DNA of 64,000 bases from an uncultured Actinomycetota bacterium. Its GTDB lineage: Bacteria; Actinomycetota; Actinomycetes; Mycobacteriales; SCTD01. The stretch lies in assembly GCA_963760125.1 (NCBI GenBank), contig CAVXBV010000001.1, positions 19,659-83,658 of the forward strand, given 5' to 3'. Both the position numbers and the translations under genes were made by a program. The stretch's first letter is position 1. Each line of letters begins with the position of its first letter. The notes beneath the pieces were generated by a model. The model was given only the letters and a program-made list of their open reading frames with translations, had not been told where the DNA came from and did no database searches. Below, one piece after another: positions 8,502 through 18,333 of the stretch.

Positions 8502-9833
8502 TCAGACGTCGCGGAACCGGTTGATCGCGTCGAGGTGCTTGGCCCGGAACTCCGCCGCCTCCGGCCGCACGCCGAGCCCCTCCTCTGGCGCGAGGCACAG
8601 CACACCGACCTTGCCCTGGTGCAGGTTCTTGTGGACGTCGTACGCCGCTTGGCCGGTGTCCGCGAGGGCGTAGCTCTTGGACAGGGTGGGGTGGATCAGG
8701 CCCTTGGCGATCAGCCGGTTGGCCTCCCACGACTCGCGGTGGTTGGCGAAGTGGGAGCCGACGATGCGCTTGAGGTTCATCCAGAAGTAACGGTTGTCGT
8801 AGGAGTGCATGTAGCCCGACGTCGAGGCGCACGTGGTGATCGTGCCGCCCTTCTTGGTCACGTAGACCGACGCGCCGAACGTCTCCCGGCCGGGGTGCTC
8901 GAAGACGATGTCGATGTCCTCGCCGCCGGTGAGCTCGCGGATCTTCTTGCCGAAGCGCTGCCACTCCTTCGGGTCCTGGTTCTCCTCGTCCTTCCAGAAC
9001 GCGTAGCCCTCGGCGCTGCGATCGATGATCAGCTCGGCGCCCATGGAGCGGACGATGTCGGCCTTCTCCGGGCTGCTGACGACGCAGACCGGGATCGCGC
9101 CGCCGTTGAGGGCGTACTGCGTGGCGTAGGACCCCAGGCCGCCGGAGGCGCCCCAGATCAGGACGGTGTCGCCCTGCTTCATCTGGCCGCCGTTGCGGCT
9201 GACCAGCTGGCGGTACGCGGTGGAGTTGACCAGGCCGGGGGCAGCGGCCTCCTCCCAGGTGAGGTGCGCCGGCTTGGGCATGAGTTGGTTGGCCTTGACG
9301 AGCGCGAGCTCGGCCAGGCCGCCGAAGTTGGTCTCGAAGCCCCAGATGCGCTGCTGCGGGTCCATCATCGCGTCGTCGTAGCCCGCCGCGTCCTCCATCT
9401 CGACGCTCAGGCAGTGGGCGACGACCTGGTCGCCGACCTTCCACTTGCTCACGCCGGGCCCGGTCTGGAGCACGACGCCGGCGAGGTCGGACCCGACCAC
9501 GTGGTAGGGCAGGTCGTGGCGCTTGGTGAGGTCGTTGAGCTTCCCGTACTTCTCCAGGAAGCCGAACGTCGAGACCGGCTCGAAGATCGAGGTCCACACG
9601 GTGTTGAAGTTGATGCTCGACGCCATCACCGCGACGATCGCCTCGCCCGGGCCGAGCTCGGGGGTGGCGACCTCGTCGAGGTGCAGGCTCTTGCGCGGGT
9701 CCTTGTCGCGCGAGGCCAGGCCCTCGAACATGCCGACCTCGTCCTTGCGGACGACCATGGCCTGGTAGGACTCGGGGACGGCCAAGCCGGCGGGGGACTC
9801 CCCAGCCAGGACGGCTTCCAGGATCTGCTTCAC
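8502..9833 (-). CDS. ccr: crotonyl-CoA carboxylase/reductase
   Basis: Near-consensus Ccr sequence: VPESYQAMVVRKDEVGMFEGL..RDKDPRKSLHLDEV..PELGPGEAIVAVMASSINFNTVW...QRIWGFETNFGGLAE...LIWGASGGLGSYATQ. Confidence 0.9.
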   Translation of the reverse strand: MKQILEAVLAGESPAGLAVPESYQAMVVRKDEVGMFEGLASRDKDPRKSLHLDEVATPELGPGEAIVAVMASSINFNTVWTSIFEPVSTFGFLEKYGKLNDLTKRHDLPYHVVGSDLAGVVLQTGPGVSKWKVGDQVVAHCLSVEMEDAAGYDDAMMDPQQRIWGFETNFGGLAELALVKANQLMPKPAHLTWEEAAAPGLVNSTAYRQLVSRNGGQMKQGDTVLIWGASGGLGSYATQYALNGGAIPVCVVSSPEKADIVRSMGAELIIDRSAEGYAFWKDEENQDPKEWQRFGKKIRELTGGEDIDIVFEHPGRETFGASVYVTKKGGTITTCASTSGYMHSYDNRYFWMNLKRIVGSHFANHRESWEANRLIAKGLIHPTLSKSYALADTGQAAYDVHKNLHQGKVGVLCLAPEEGLGVRPEAAEFRAKHLDAINRFRDV

Positions 9834-9901
9834 GTGTGGGCACCTCTCGCTCGCGTTGCGGCAGAGGTTACCGACCGGTAGAAGCGGGTGCGTGCAGCGG
9901 G

Positions 9902-12637
9902 TCAGCCCGCGCGCGCGACAGCGAGGTGCGTCCGACGACGCGCCTGAAGGCTCATCGCTGTCCCCGCGCCCGCCAGGCCCAGTGCACCGAGGCCGGCGAC
10001 GAACATCGCCGCGGGGACGTCCCGGGTCGCGACCGTCGGCACGTCCTGGTCCTGCAGGCCGCTGCCCAGCAGGGAGAGGGCCAGCTCGAGCTGCTCCTGC
10101 TCCTGGTCCTGCGTCCCCGCCTGCAGCTGCGGGTTGGTCTGCACCTGCGGGTTGGCCTGCGGCTGCACCGCTGGAGCCGGTGCCGCGAGCGCGGGCGGAG
10201 GGGCGGCCCCCGGAGCAGGCGCGGCCGGCGCGTTCGGACCTGGCGGCGCCGCCGCGGCAGGGGCCGGAGGCACGACCGGCACGGCCAGGCAGGTCACGGC
10301 TGCGGCCGCCGTGCCGAGCGGTTCGTCGCGCCCGCCGCCGGTCAGCGTCAGGGCGAGTGTGGCGTCGTACACGCCGGCGGCGAGCCCGACGCAGGAGAAG
10401 GTCGCGACGACCTGCGCGCGCAGGTCACGCGTGACGTCCACCCCGGGGACGGCGGTGGGGGTGACGCGGCTGAGCACCGGGCCCGCCGGGGTCACGCGCA
10501 CCGCGCGCGGCAGGGCGACCTCGGCCAGCAGCGCCTGCAGGGTGGGCGCGAGATGGGCGGCGTCGGCGCACACGAGGGGCGCGCCGCGGCTGAGGTCGAC
10601 CCGGCCGTCCCCGTCGCAGTCGGTGCCACCGGGGGGCGCCAGGGTGCGCGTCCGGCGCGCGAAGTCCGCGAGGTCGGGGCTCCCGTCACCGTCGGCCGCG
10701 GCGATCCCGACCGCGAGCACCCCCGACTCGAGGTAGTCCGCCGCTGCCGGGCCGAGGTCGATCGACCCGTCGGCGCGGGTGGGCGTCAGTCCGGGGTCGA
10801 CACACGGCACTCCGGTCCGGCACGCGTAGGCCTTGCGGAAGGTGATGTCCGTGGCGTGCACGACGACCTTCAGGGCCGACTGCCGGAAGCCGGCCTGCTG
10901 CTCGGCCGGGACGCTCGTCGTGGGTAACCCCGCGGGGACACCGCACTCCGGGTTGGGCGGCGGGACGACGGCCGCACCCGCTCCCGTCACGGCCTGGTCG
11001 AGAGCGAACAGCTGGGTCTCCAAGCCGGGGGCGACAGCCTCGATCCGCTCGAGCGCAGAGCCGAGGCGGTCGGCGTCGTCCGTCGGACCGACGGCGAGCT
11101 CCCGGCGGTAGGCGGGTGCTTGGCAGGTGGTGCGGTACCACCCGACGCCGGCCCACACGTCGACCCCGGCGCTCCGCAGCTCCGCGACCAGTGCCTGCGC
11201 GTCCGCGCGGATGCGGGGGAGCTCCTCCCTCATCGACTCGGACGCATCGAGCAGGAAGTAGACGTCCAGGGGGATGTTGCGGCGAGGCAGGGTCGCCGTG
11301 TAGGTGACGGGACGGCTCTCATCCGCGCGCAGCGTCAGGGCGGTGCGGAGGGGGGCGACCTGCGGTGGGCCGAGGGGCCGCGGATCGCCGGGATCCGGGA
11401 CGAGGGCGCCGGGGGGCAGCAGCGCCGGCGGGGACGCGACGACCTGCTTGTCGTAGGTCAGCACGGCGCGGGTCGTGACGATCCGGACCTGAGGGGCACC
11501 GGTGTGGTCGAGGCTGACCTGCAGGTCCTGCGTGGCCCGGGTGGGCGTGATGTCGGTCCACGGGGCGGACGAGCCGGGCACGCCGAACAGCACGCGAGCC
11601 GGTCGCCCGTCGACCGGGTGCAGGGAGATCACGGCGGTCTGCCCGTCGTACCCGCTCTCGCTGGACTCGACGGGGCCGGGTGCCGGAGCCGTGACGTGCC
11701 GGGCCCCGTCGTCGGTCAGCACGATCGAGATCGGTCGGCCGCCGGCAGACGTGCGGCTGTAGGCGTGCACCACCGGCGCCGCTCGGGGCGGGCGGACGAC
11801 GGTGAGGGCGCTCACGTCCCACGCGGCCTGCTCGGCATCGGTCGGCGCCGGTCCGACGAACGTGCGCCCTCCGTCCGTCGAGTGCCGCAGTCGGCCGTCC
11901 CGAACGGCCCAGACGCGGTTGCTGCTGCCGGGATCGACAGCCAAGGAGGTGTACGTCGCCTGCTCGGTCAGCGGGGTGCGTCGCGTCCACGTCTGCCCGG
12001 CGTCGGTCGACGCGTAGAGCCCGCCGACCGGTGCGCCCGTGGCGGTCCCGAGCGCCGGTTCCTGCACCGCTCCGGCGTCCACAGCCAGGTACAGGAAGTC
12101 GGCGTTCGCCCTGCTGACCACGAGGTCGTGCCCCGCTCCCGCGGGCGGCAGGCCGCTCTCCCGCGTGACGAACTGACCGCGCTTGGAGGCGCGGGCGTAG
12201 AGCAGGTGCGGCCGCCCGCCGGTCTCCGTCGCCTCCTGCGCGAGGACCCACACGCCCTCGCGGTACTTCGGGTCCTCGGCCACGCGGATCTCGGTGAGGG
12301 TCGTCGTCGCGGCCGTGAACGGGATGACGTCGTCGGGGGTCTCCGGCAGGGAGAAGACCTCCTGCCAGGTGCAGCCCCCGTCGCGGGTGACGCTGAGGCT
12401 GGTGCCGTTGGTGACGAAGCCGCGCTTTGGCGAGAGCGGATCGACGGCGTACGTCGTGACGTCCTGTCCTCGACCACCGGTGCGCTCGACGAAACGGGGC
12501 GCCTTGGCGCTGGTCCAGTCGCCGACGCGGGAGAACGCCCCGGGGCGTGAGCACGAGGGAACGTCTGCCGCAGACGTCGGCAGGCCGGTCAGGAGCAGCA
12601 GGAGACCGCCCGCCACCAGTGCTCGCAGTGCTCTCAC
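9902..12637 (-). CDS. secreted BNR/Asp-box beta-propeller + vWA domain protein with Pro/Ala- and Gln-rich linker and C-terminal membrane anchor
   Basis: Signal peptide: VRALRALVAGGLLLLLTGLPTSAAD. Asp-boxes: TRDGGCTW, STDAGQTW, STDGGRTF. vWA MIDAS: DVYFLLDASESM. Linker: PVVPPAPAAAAPPGPNAPAAPAPGAAPPP...QPQANPQVQTNPQLQ. C-terminal anchor: AAMFVAGLGALGLAGAGTAM followed by QARRR. The GTG start overlaps the upstream stop (GTGA). Confidence 0.75.
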   Translation of the reverse strand: MRALRALVAGGLLLLLTGLPTSAADVPSCSRPGAFSRVGDWTSAKAPRFVERTGGRGQDVTTYAVDPLSPKRGFVTNGTSLSVTRDGGCTWQEVFSLPETPDDVIPFTAATTTLTEIRVAEDPKYREGVWVLAQEATETGGRPHLLYARASKRGQFVTRESGLPPAGAGHDLVVSRANADFLYLAVDAGAVQEPALGTATGAPVGGLYASTDAGQTWTRRTPLTEQATYTSLAVDPGSSNRVWAVRDGRLRHSTDGGRTFVGPAPTDAEQAAWDVSALTVVRPPRAAPVVHAYSRTSAGGRPISIVLTDDGARHVTAPAPGPVESSESGYDGQTAVISLHPVDGRPARVLFGVPGSSAPWTDITPTRATQDLQVSLDHTGAPQVRIVTTRAVLTYDKQVVASPPALLPPGALVPDPGDPRPLGPPQVAPLRTALTLRADESRPVTYTATLPRRNIPLDVYFLLDASESMREELPRIRADAQALVAELRSAGVDVWAGVGWYRTTCQAPAYRRELAVGPTDDADRLGSALERIEAVAPGLETQLFALDQAVTGAGAAVVPPPNPECGVPAGLPTTSVPAEQQAGFRQSALKVVVHATDITFRKAYACRTGVPCVDPGLTPTRADGSIDLGPAAADYLESGVLAVGIAAADGDGSPDLADFARRTRTLAPPGGTDCDGDGRVDLSRGAPLVCADAAHLAPTLQALLAEVALPRAVRVTPAGPVLSRVTPTAVPGVDVTRDLRAQVVATFSCVGLAAGVYDATLALTLTGGGRDEPLGTAAAAVTCLAVPVVPPAPAAAAPPGPNAPAAPAPGAAPPPALAAPAPAVQPQANPQVQTNPQLQAGTQDQEQEQLELALSLLGSGLQDQDVPTVATRDVPAAMFVAGLGALGLAGAGTAMSLQARRRTHLAVARAG

Positions 12638-13929
12638 GAGGTGAGGGTGCGCACAGACCAGACGTTGCGCAGCAGTGCGGTGGTCGTGTCCGGCACGGTG
12701 ACCTTGGTCGATCCCCAGGTCAGGTGCAGGCGCGCATCAGGTCCGAACGCGACGGCCGGAGCGCTGTCCGGCGGACCTTCAGCCGGCGCGGAGACGGGGT
12801 CATGGCTGGCGAAGTCGACCCAGAGCGGACTAGCCCCCGGCGAGGCGATCGCCAACCGCACGTGCCAGCCAGTAGCGCCGGGGGCCAGGTGGTAGGCGGC
12901 GAGACCCAGCCGGCCCTTGACCGAGACGTCGAGCACCCCGCCGCGCCAGGTGCCCTTCTCGCTCGCCAGGTCTTTCGTGACGGTCCCGCGAGAGGTCACG
13001 TGATGGGCCATCAGCTGGGTGCGGCCAGTGGGGCCGCTCGTCACGAGGACCCAGGGGCTGCCGTCGGGGGCGACGGACACCGAGGGGGTGTCGAGCGGGC
13101 TGCCCCCGTTCAGCGGGCGTCGGGTGAAGGTGGCCCCGGCGTCCTTGGAGGTCCAGAGGTCTGCGGTACCGATCTGCGACACGCACGCGGCGAAGACGAG
13201 CCGTGACCCTCGGCGGTGGTCGGCCGCGAGACTGCAGGCCTCAGCGCCGGGAAGCGCCGTCCCCGTACCGCTGAGCGAACCCGCGGCGCCGGACCAGACG
13301 GTCGCCGAGCCGGTCGGCCCGTCGCCGAGGACGTAGAGACGCCCGCTCGTCACCGCGTCGCCCGTCGCGTCCACCCTCAGGCGCGTGCGGGTACCGGCGG
13401 GGACGGCGAGCGGGGTGGGACCGCTGGAGACCAGCGCGTCCTTCTCGGTCGCGGTGACGGTCGTGAGCAGAACCCCTGCGCCGTACGCCTCGAGGACGAA
13501 GGAGTGCCCGGCGTCGTCGGAGCCGACCGCGGTGGACAGTCCACCGGGCGCGGCGGTGTCGACACCGGCGGCGGCCGCCGTGAGGTTCTGGAAGCTCTCG
13601 CCGTCGTCGCCCGAGGACCAGCGCCACGAGGCCAGGCGGGTCTTGGTGGCCGCGCGACCGTCCGGGCTGACGACGCGGGTCAGCCGCTCCTTCAGCGCGG
13701 CGCCGATCACGTTCCCGAAGCGGTCCACAGTGACGCTCGAGTCCTGACCACCCGGTGAGGTCTCGCCCTGCAGGGCTGGGGTGAGCAGCACCTCGAGGTC
13801 CAGCTGCGCGGCGCCGCGACGGGAGTCCTGCCCGTCGTGCGCCGCAGCCGGCACAGCCGCACCCGCCGCAGCGCAGACCAGCGCCGCTGCGGTGAGCAGC
13901 AGCGCCGGTCGGCGTCGGGGGGAGGTCAT
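12634..13929 (-). CDS. secreted BNR/Asp-box (sialidase-fold-like) beta-propeller protein
   Basis: Signal peptide: MTSPRRRPALLLTAAALVCAAAGAAVPAAA. Asp-box-like motifs: SSGDDGESF and TSKDAGATF. No other recognisable domain. Confidence 0.7.
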   Translation of the reverse strand: MTSPRRRPALLLTAAALVCAAAGAAVPAAAHDGQDSRRGAAQLDLEVLLTPALQGETSPGGQDSSVTVDRFGNVIGAALKERLTRVVSPDGRAATKTRLASWRWSSGDDGESFQNLTAAAAGVDTAAPGGLSTAVGSDDAGHSFVLEAYGAGVLLTTVTATEKDALVSSGPTPLAVPAGTRTRLRVDATGDAVTSGRLYVLGDGPTGSATVWSGAAGSLSGTGTALPGAEACSLAADHRRGSRLVFAACVSQIGTADLWTSKDAGATFTRRPLNGGSPLDTPSVSVAPDGSPWVLVTSGPTGRTQLMAHHVTSRGTVTKDLASEKGTWRGGVLDVSVKGRLGLAAYHLAPGATGWHVRLAIASPGASPLWVDFASHDPVSAPAEGPPDSAPAVAFGPDARLHLTWGSTKVTVPDTTTALLRNVWSVRTLTS

Positions 13930-13945
13930 GGGATGTCGCGCAGGG

Positions 13946-15097
13946 CTACTTCGCGGCCTTCAGCGGACCGTTGTACTGCAGGATGTCGATGCCCCGGGTG
14001 TAGTCGATGTTGTAGACGATCTTCGGGGTGATCCAGTACGACGCCGACGTCGAGCCGCCGACCGGAACGAACCAGCCGACCTCGGAGATCTTGCCCTTGC
14101 CGTTGACGGTCAGGAAGCGCGTGCCGTGCTCGTAGGAGCCCACGGCCACCAGGCCGCCGTCCTTCCAGGTCGGGTGCTCGTTGAACCAGTGCGAGGAGCA
14201 GCCGAGGCCGTTGATCGCGGGGTTGCCGTCGGCGTACGCACCGTTCTTGTAGGAGTAGGCGTCGGTCTCGCGCATCGTCTTGGTCTTGCGGTAGTTCGTG
14301 GTGTCGTAGACGTGCCACTTGGCAGAGTCGGCGTCGCACCGCTGCGTGGCGTTCGTCTCGCCCGCGACCAGCGCGAACTTGTCCTTGCCCGCGCGGGGCC
14401 AGATCACCGAGTGGATGAAGTAGTCGCTGTGGTTGCCCACGGCGAGCAGCTTCGGCTTCGTGACGCTCTGCCGGGCGTCCAGGAGCATCATCGGCGTGGT
14501 CGACGTGAGGATGATGCCGGGCGAGACCTCGGTGACGTCGTGGCCGCTCTTGCCCGGCAAGCCCTCGTTCCATTTGCCGAGGACCTTCGGCTGGTCCGGG
14601 CGGCGGAGGTCGACGACGGTACCGGTCGAGCCCCAGGTGTACTTGCAGTCGAAGATGCAGCTGGTGGTGTGGTTGCCGGCGCCCGGGACGGTCGCGATCT
14701 CGATCGGGTTGGCGAGGTCCTGCAGGTCGTAGATGTGCAGGTTGTTGCTGGGCAGCGACTCGCTGAAGATCAGCAGCTTGTGCTTGCTGTCGACCGAGAC
14801 GTCCTCGTTCTCGAACTTGAAGCCGACGGGGTGCGGCGTGCCGATGAGCGTGGGGTTCAGCGGGTCCTTGAGGGAGTAGATCGAGAAGTTCTTCCACGAC
14901 GTGACGAACAGCAGGTCGCCGACCTGGCGCGCGCCGGTTGCCGTGCCGACCTCGAACGGGACGAGCTTGAGGTAGTCCACGTTGTCGCTGGTGAAGCCAC
15001 CGGAGGACGGGCCGGCCGAGGCGGAACCCAGGGTGCCGGGGACGGCTCCGGCGATCAGGGCGGCAGCGGTGGCGAGCAGGGCGAAGCGGCGCTTCAC
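13946..15097 (-). CDS. secreted LVIVD-repeat beta-propeller protein (paralog 2)
   Basis: Start at GTG 15097 (VKRRFALLATAAALIAGAVPGTLGSASA, a signal peptide), preceded by GGAG. LVIVD-like strands: FSIYSLKDPLNP and LHIYDLQDLANP. The C-terminal block GCSSHWF...YEHGTRFLTVNGKGKISEVGWF...IDYTRGIDILQY is shared with 15171..16556. Confidence 0.7.
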   Translation of the reverse strand: MKRRFALLATAAALIAGAVPGTLGSASAGPSSGGFTSDNVDYLKLVPFEVGTATGARQVGDLLFVTSWKNFSIYSLKDPLNPTLIGTPHPVGFKFENEDVSVDSKHKLLIFSESLPSNNLHIYDLQDLANPIEIATVPGAGNHTTSCIFDCKYTWGSTGTVVDLRRPDQPKVLGKWNEGLPGKSGHDVTEVSPGIILTSTTPMMLLDARQSVTKPKLLAVGNHSDYFIHSVIWPRAGKDKFALVAGETNATQRCDADSAKWHVYDTTNYRKTKTMRETDAYSYKNGAYADGNPAINGLGCSSHWFNEHPTWKDGGLVAVGSYEHGTRFLTVNGKGKISEVGWFVPVGGSTSASYWITPKIVYNIDYTRGIDILQYNGPLKAAK

Positions 15098-15170
15098 GAG
15101 GACTCCAGGGGAGAGGGGGGCTTGAGGTGCTTGTCTCAGGTGTTCGGCCCCGCCGGCCGATCTCCTGCCG

Positions 15171-16556
15171 CTAACGAGCGACTGCGTGCAACCGCGCGTG
15201 CTGAGCGGGCGTCGCCTCGACGCCCGCGCGGCAGAACTCCCGCATGGCCTTGGCGAAGGGGTCGACCACCCCGAGCTTGGACATCCAGGAGGCGTCGATC
15301 TGGGCGACGGTCGCCGCAGGCGCCTTCTGGTCGAAGCGCAGGATGTCGATGCCGGAGTGGTAGTCGATTGACCAGACGACGTCGCTGCCATCGGTCGTGG
15401 GCATCCAGAACGCCTCGGAGGTGGCGCCGCGGACGGGCTGGAAGAAGCCGACCTGGTTGATCTTGCCCGTCTTGGCGTTGACCTTGAGGAAGCGCGTCCC
15501 GTGCTCGTACCAGGCAGCGGTGACCAGGATCGACCCGTCCTTGGCCGTCTTCTGGGTGAACCAGTGACCGGAGCAACCCATCGCGTTGACCTGCGGGTTA
15601 CCGTCGGTCATCTTCCCGGAGACAGGACGCAGCACGTCGATCTGCGTCATCTGGACGCCCTTGTCGAACCCGGCCATCGACCAGGTCGAGAACGCCCCGG
15701 CGTTGCCCTTGCAGGTGCCGGTGAAGTTGCTCTCGCCGTTGCCGAGGAGCAGCTCACCCGGGCGCAGCGGGCCACCGAGGGACTCGCCCGCCTTGCGGGG
15801 GACGTACTTCTCCGCACCGACGCGGATGTTGTTGTGCTGGTAGTTGGTGTTCTTGGTGACCGTCCCGGTCGTGATCTTCTTCAGCGTCAGCGGGTTGCCG
15901 CCGACCTGGCGGAACGCCACGATCGGGGACGTGTCGGCGATCCAGAGACCGGTCGAGTCCTCGTGCAGGTTGTGGCCGGAGGCGCCGCCCATGAGCCCGC
16001 CCCAGGACTGCGCCCTCGGGAGCTCGACCGGGTTGGTGCGGTCCCGGACGTCGAAGGTCTGGCCCTCGGAGCCGTAGAGGTAGGTGCAGGGCGTGTTCGC
16101 GCAGACGACCGTGTGGGCGCCGCCCGGGGCGAGCGTGCCCGTGATGCGCGGCAGCGACGGGTCGCTGACGTCGACCACGTGGAGGTAGAGGAACCCCTCG
16201 AACTCGGTGAGGAACGCAGTCTTGCCGTCCTCCGAGACCGCGATGTCCTCGTTCTCCCAGTTGTACATCGGGAGGTGGCCGAGCAGCAGCGGCTTCGTCG
16301 GGTCGGTCGCGTCGTAGATCGACAGGCCTGCGGCGCCGCTCACGAACGCGCGGACCTGGCTGCCGACCTTGCGCACCTCCATGGAGACGCCTGCGCCGTC
16401 CAGCGGCAGGGTGCCCACGTGGGTGACGTTCGAGGAGCGCGGCTCCGCACCGGACGCAGGCAGCACCGGGGGAACCGGCACGGGCGGCGCCGCGACGGCG
16501 ACGCCTCCGAGCACGAGACCGGCGGTAGCGGCCAGGGCGATCAGGGTGCGGCGCAC
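15171..16556 (-). CDS. secreted LVIVD-repeat beta-propeller protein (paralog 1)
   Basis: Signal peptide: MRRTLIALAATAGLVLGGVAVAAPP. LVIVD-like strands: LSIYDATDPTKP and LYLHVVDVSDPSLP. C-terminal block: GCSGHWF...YEHGTRFLKVNAKTGKINQVGFF...IDYHSGIDILRF. Confidence 0.75.
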   Translation of the reverse strand: MRRTLIALAATAGLVLGGVAVAAPPVPVPPVLPASGAEPRSSNVTHVGTLPLDGAGVSMEVRKVGSQVRAFVSGAAGLSIYDATDPTKPLLLGHLPMYNWENEDIAVSEDGKTAFLTEFEGFLYLHVVDVSDPSLPRITGTLAPGGAHTVVCANTPCTYLYGSEGQTFDVRDRTNPVELPRAQSWGGLMGGASGHNLHEDSTGLWIADTSPIVAFRQVGGNPLTLKKITTGTVTKNTNYQHNNIRVGAEKYVPRKAGESLGGPLRPGELLLGNGESNFTGTCKGNAGAFSTWSMAGFDKGVQMTQIDVLRPVSGKMTDGNPQVNAMGCSGHWFTQKTAKDGSILVTAAWYEHGTRFLKVNAKTGKINQVGFFQPVRGATSEAFWMPTTDGSDVVWSIDYHSGIDILRFDQKAPAATVAQIDASWMSKLGVVDPFAKAMREFCRAGVEATPAQHARLHAVAR

Positions 16557-16636
16557 GCGTGCTCCAGGGTCAGGGGGTGGGGGTTGCCGGGTTCAACGAC
16601 TCACTTCGCCGTCGGACGCGGGTTCCCTGCCTCCTG

Positions 16637-17068
16637 CTAGTGCGCGCCCATGCCCTCGGTGCCTGGCTGCACCAGCTCGACGAGGATGCCGCCGGAGCTC
16701 TTCGGGTGGATGAAGTTCACGCGCGAACCCGCCGTGCCGGTCCGTGGCTCGTCGTACAGCAGCCGGAGTCCCTCCCCGCGCAGGTGCTCGCTGGCGGCGT
16801 CGATGTCCTCGACGCGGTACGCCATCTGCTGGATGCCGGGGCCGTTCTTGTCCAGGAACTTCCCGATCGTGGTGTCGGGGTTCAGCGGCGAGAGCAGCTG
16901 GATGTACGAGCCGGACTCGCCGACCTCCATCATCGCCTCGCGGACGCCCTGCTCCTCGTTGACCTCCACGTGCACGCAGCGCATGCCGTAGCTCTTCTCG
17001 TAGAAGGCGATGGCGGTGTCGAGGTCGGCGACGGCGATGCCGACGTGGTCGATGGCTGTGATGCGCAC
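16637..17068 (-). CDS. mce: methylmalonyl-CoA epimerase (VOC family)
   Basis: [29 protein letters not shown]...[33 protein letters not shown]... has the typical epimerase sequence and length (143 aa). Confidence 0.85.
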   Translation of the reverse strand: MRITAIDHVGIAVADLDTAIAFYEKSYGMRCVHVEVNEEQGVREAMMEVGESGSYIQLLSPLNPDTTIGKFLDKNGPGIQQMAYRVEDIDAASEHLRGEGLRLLYDEPRTGTAGSRVNFIHPKSSGGILVELVQPGTEGMGAH

Positions 17069-17145
17069 GACAGGCTCCCAGTGTTCTTCGGTCGGGCGGG
17101 CGCACCTATCGTTGCAGGGACTCGCAGACGCAACAGGAGGCCCCC

Positions 17146-18333
17146 ATGACCAGTGTCATCGTCGCCGGTGCTCGTACGCCGATCGGAAAGCTGTCGGGGG
17201 CCCTCAAGGACTTCACGGCCATGGACCTGGGGGGTATCGCCATCGCGGGCGCCCTGGAGCGGGCCGGCGTGAGCGGCGACCAGGTCGACTACGTGATCAT
17301 GGGCCACGTCCTGCAGGCCGGCCAGGGGCAGATCACCGCCCGCCAGGCCGCGGTCAAGGGCGGCATCCCGATGAACGTCCCCGCACTGACCATCAACAAG
17401 GTCTGCCTGTCCGGCCTCGACGCCATCGCGCTCGCCGACCAGCTCATCCGTGCAGGTGAGGTCGAGGTCGTCGTCGCCGGCGGCATGGAGTCGATGACCA
17501 ACGCGCCGTACCTCCTGCCGAAGGGTCGCCAGGGCTACCGCTACGGCAACGCCGAGATCCTCGACGCGACGTTCCACGACGGCCTGTTCGACGCCTTCGA
17601 CAAGGTCGCGATGGGTGAGGCGACCGAGGGAGCGGCCAAGAACTTCACGACCCAGAGCCGCGAGGAGCAGGACGCGTTCGCCGCCCGCAGTCATGAGCTC
17701 GCCGCGAAGGCCATCAAGGACGGGTTGTTCGGCGACGAGATCGTCCCGGTCACCATCCCGCAGCGCAAGGGCGACGCGATCGTCGTGTCCGAGGACGAGG
17801 GCGTGCGCGGTGCGACGACGGCCGAGTCGCTGGCCAAGCTCAAGCCCGCGTTCGTCAAGGACGGCACGCTGACCGCCGGCAACGCCTCGCAGATCTCCGA
17901 CGGGGCCGCGGCCGTCGTCGTGATGAGCAAGGAGAAGGCTGAGTCGCTCGGCCTCACGTGGCTGGCCGAGATCGGTGCCCACGGCATCGTCGCCGGCCCG
18001 GACAACTCCCTCCAGGAGCAGCCGGCCAACGCGATCAAGGCGGCGCTCGCCAAGGCCGGCAAGGACATCGGCGATGTTGATCTCTTCGAGCTGAACGAGG
18101 CCTTCGCCGCCGTCGGCATCGCCTCGACGCGCGCCCTCGGTGTCGACGCCGACAAGGTCAACGTCAACGGTGGCGCCATCGCCCTGGGCCACCCGATCGG
18201 TGCCTCCGGCGCCCGCGTCGTGCTGCACCTGGCGCTCGAGCTCCAGCGCCGCGGTGGCGGTCTGGGTGCCGCGGCGCTCTGCGGTGGCGGTGGCCAGGGC
18301 GACGCGCTGCTCATCACCGTCCCCAAGAGCTAG
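17146..18333 (+). CDS. acetyl-CoA C-acetyltransferase (thiolase II)
   Basis: Thiolase active-site regions are present: [11 protein letters not shown] (Cys nucleophile), [19 protein letters not shown] and [14 protein letters not shown]. Confidence 0.9.
   Translation: MTSVIVAGARTPIGKLSGALKDFTAMDLGGIAIAGALERAGVSGDQVDYVIMGHVLQAGQGQITARQAAVKGGIPMNVPALTINKVCLSGLDAIALADQLIRAGEVEVVVAGGMESMTNAPYLLPKGRQGYRYGNAEILDATFHDGLFDAFDKVAMGEATEGAAKNFTTQSREEQDAFAARSHELAAKAIKDGLFGDEIVPVTIPQRKGDAIVVSEDEGVRGATTAESLAKLKPAFVKDGTLTAGNASQISDGAAAVVVMSKEKAESLGLTWLAEIGAHGIVAGPDNSLQEQPANAIKAALAKAGKDIGDVDLFELNEAFAAVGIASTRALGVDADKVNVNGGAIALGHPIGASGARVVLHLALELQRRGGGLGAAALCGGGGQGDALLITVPKS

Noticed and set aside
9902-12637. 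Sortase-anchored (LPXTG) surface protein call for the 911-aa BNR-vWA protein
   Set aside because: A C-terminal hydrophobic segment plus an RRR tail is present, but there is no LPXTG/LAXTG-type motif upstream of it. I describe it only as membrane-anchored.
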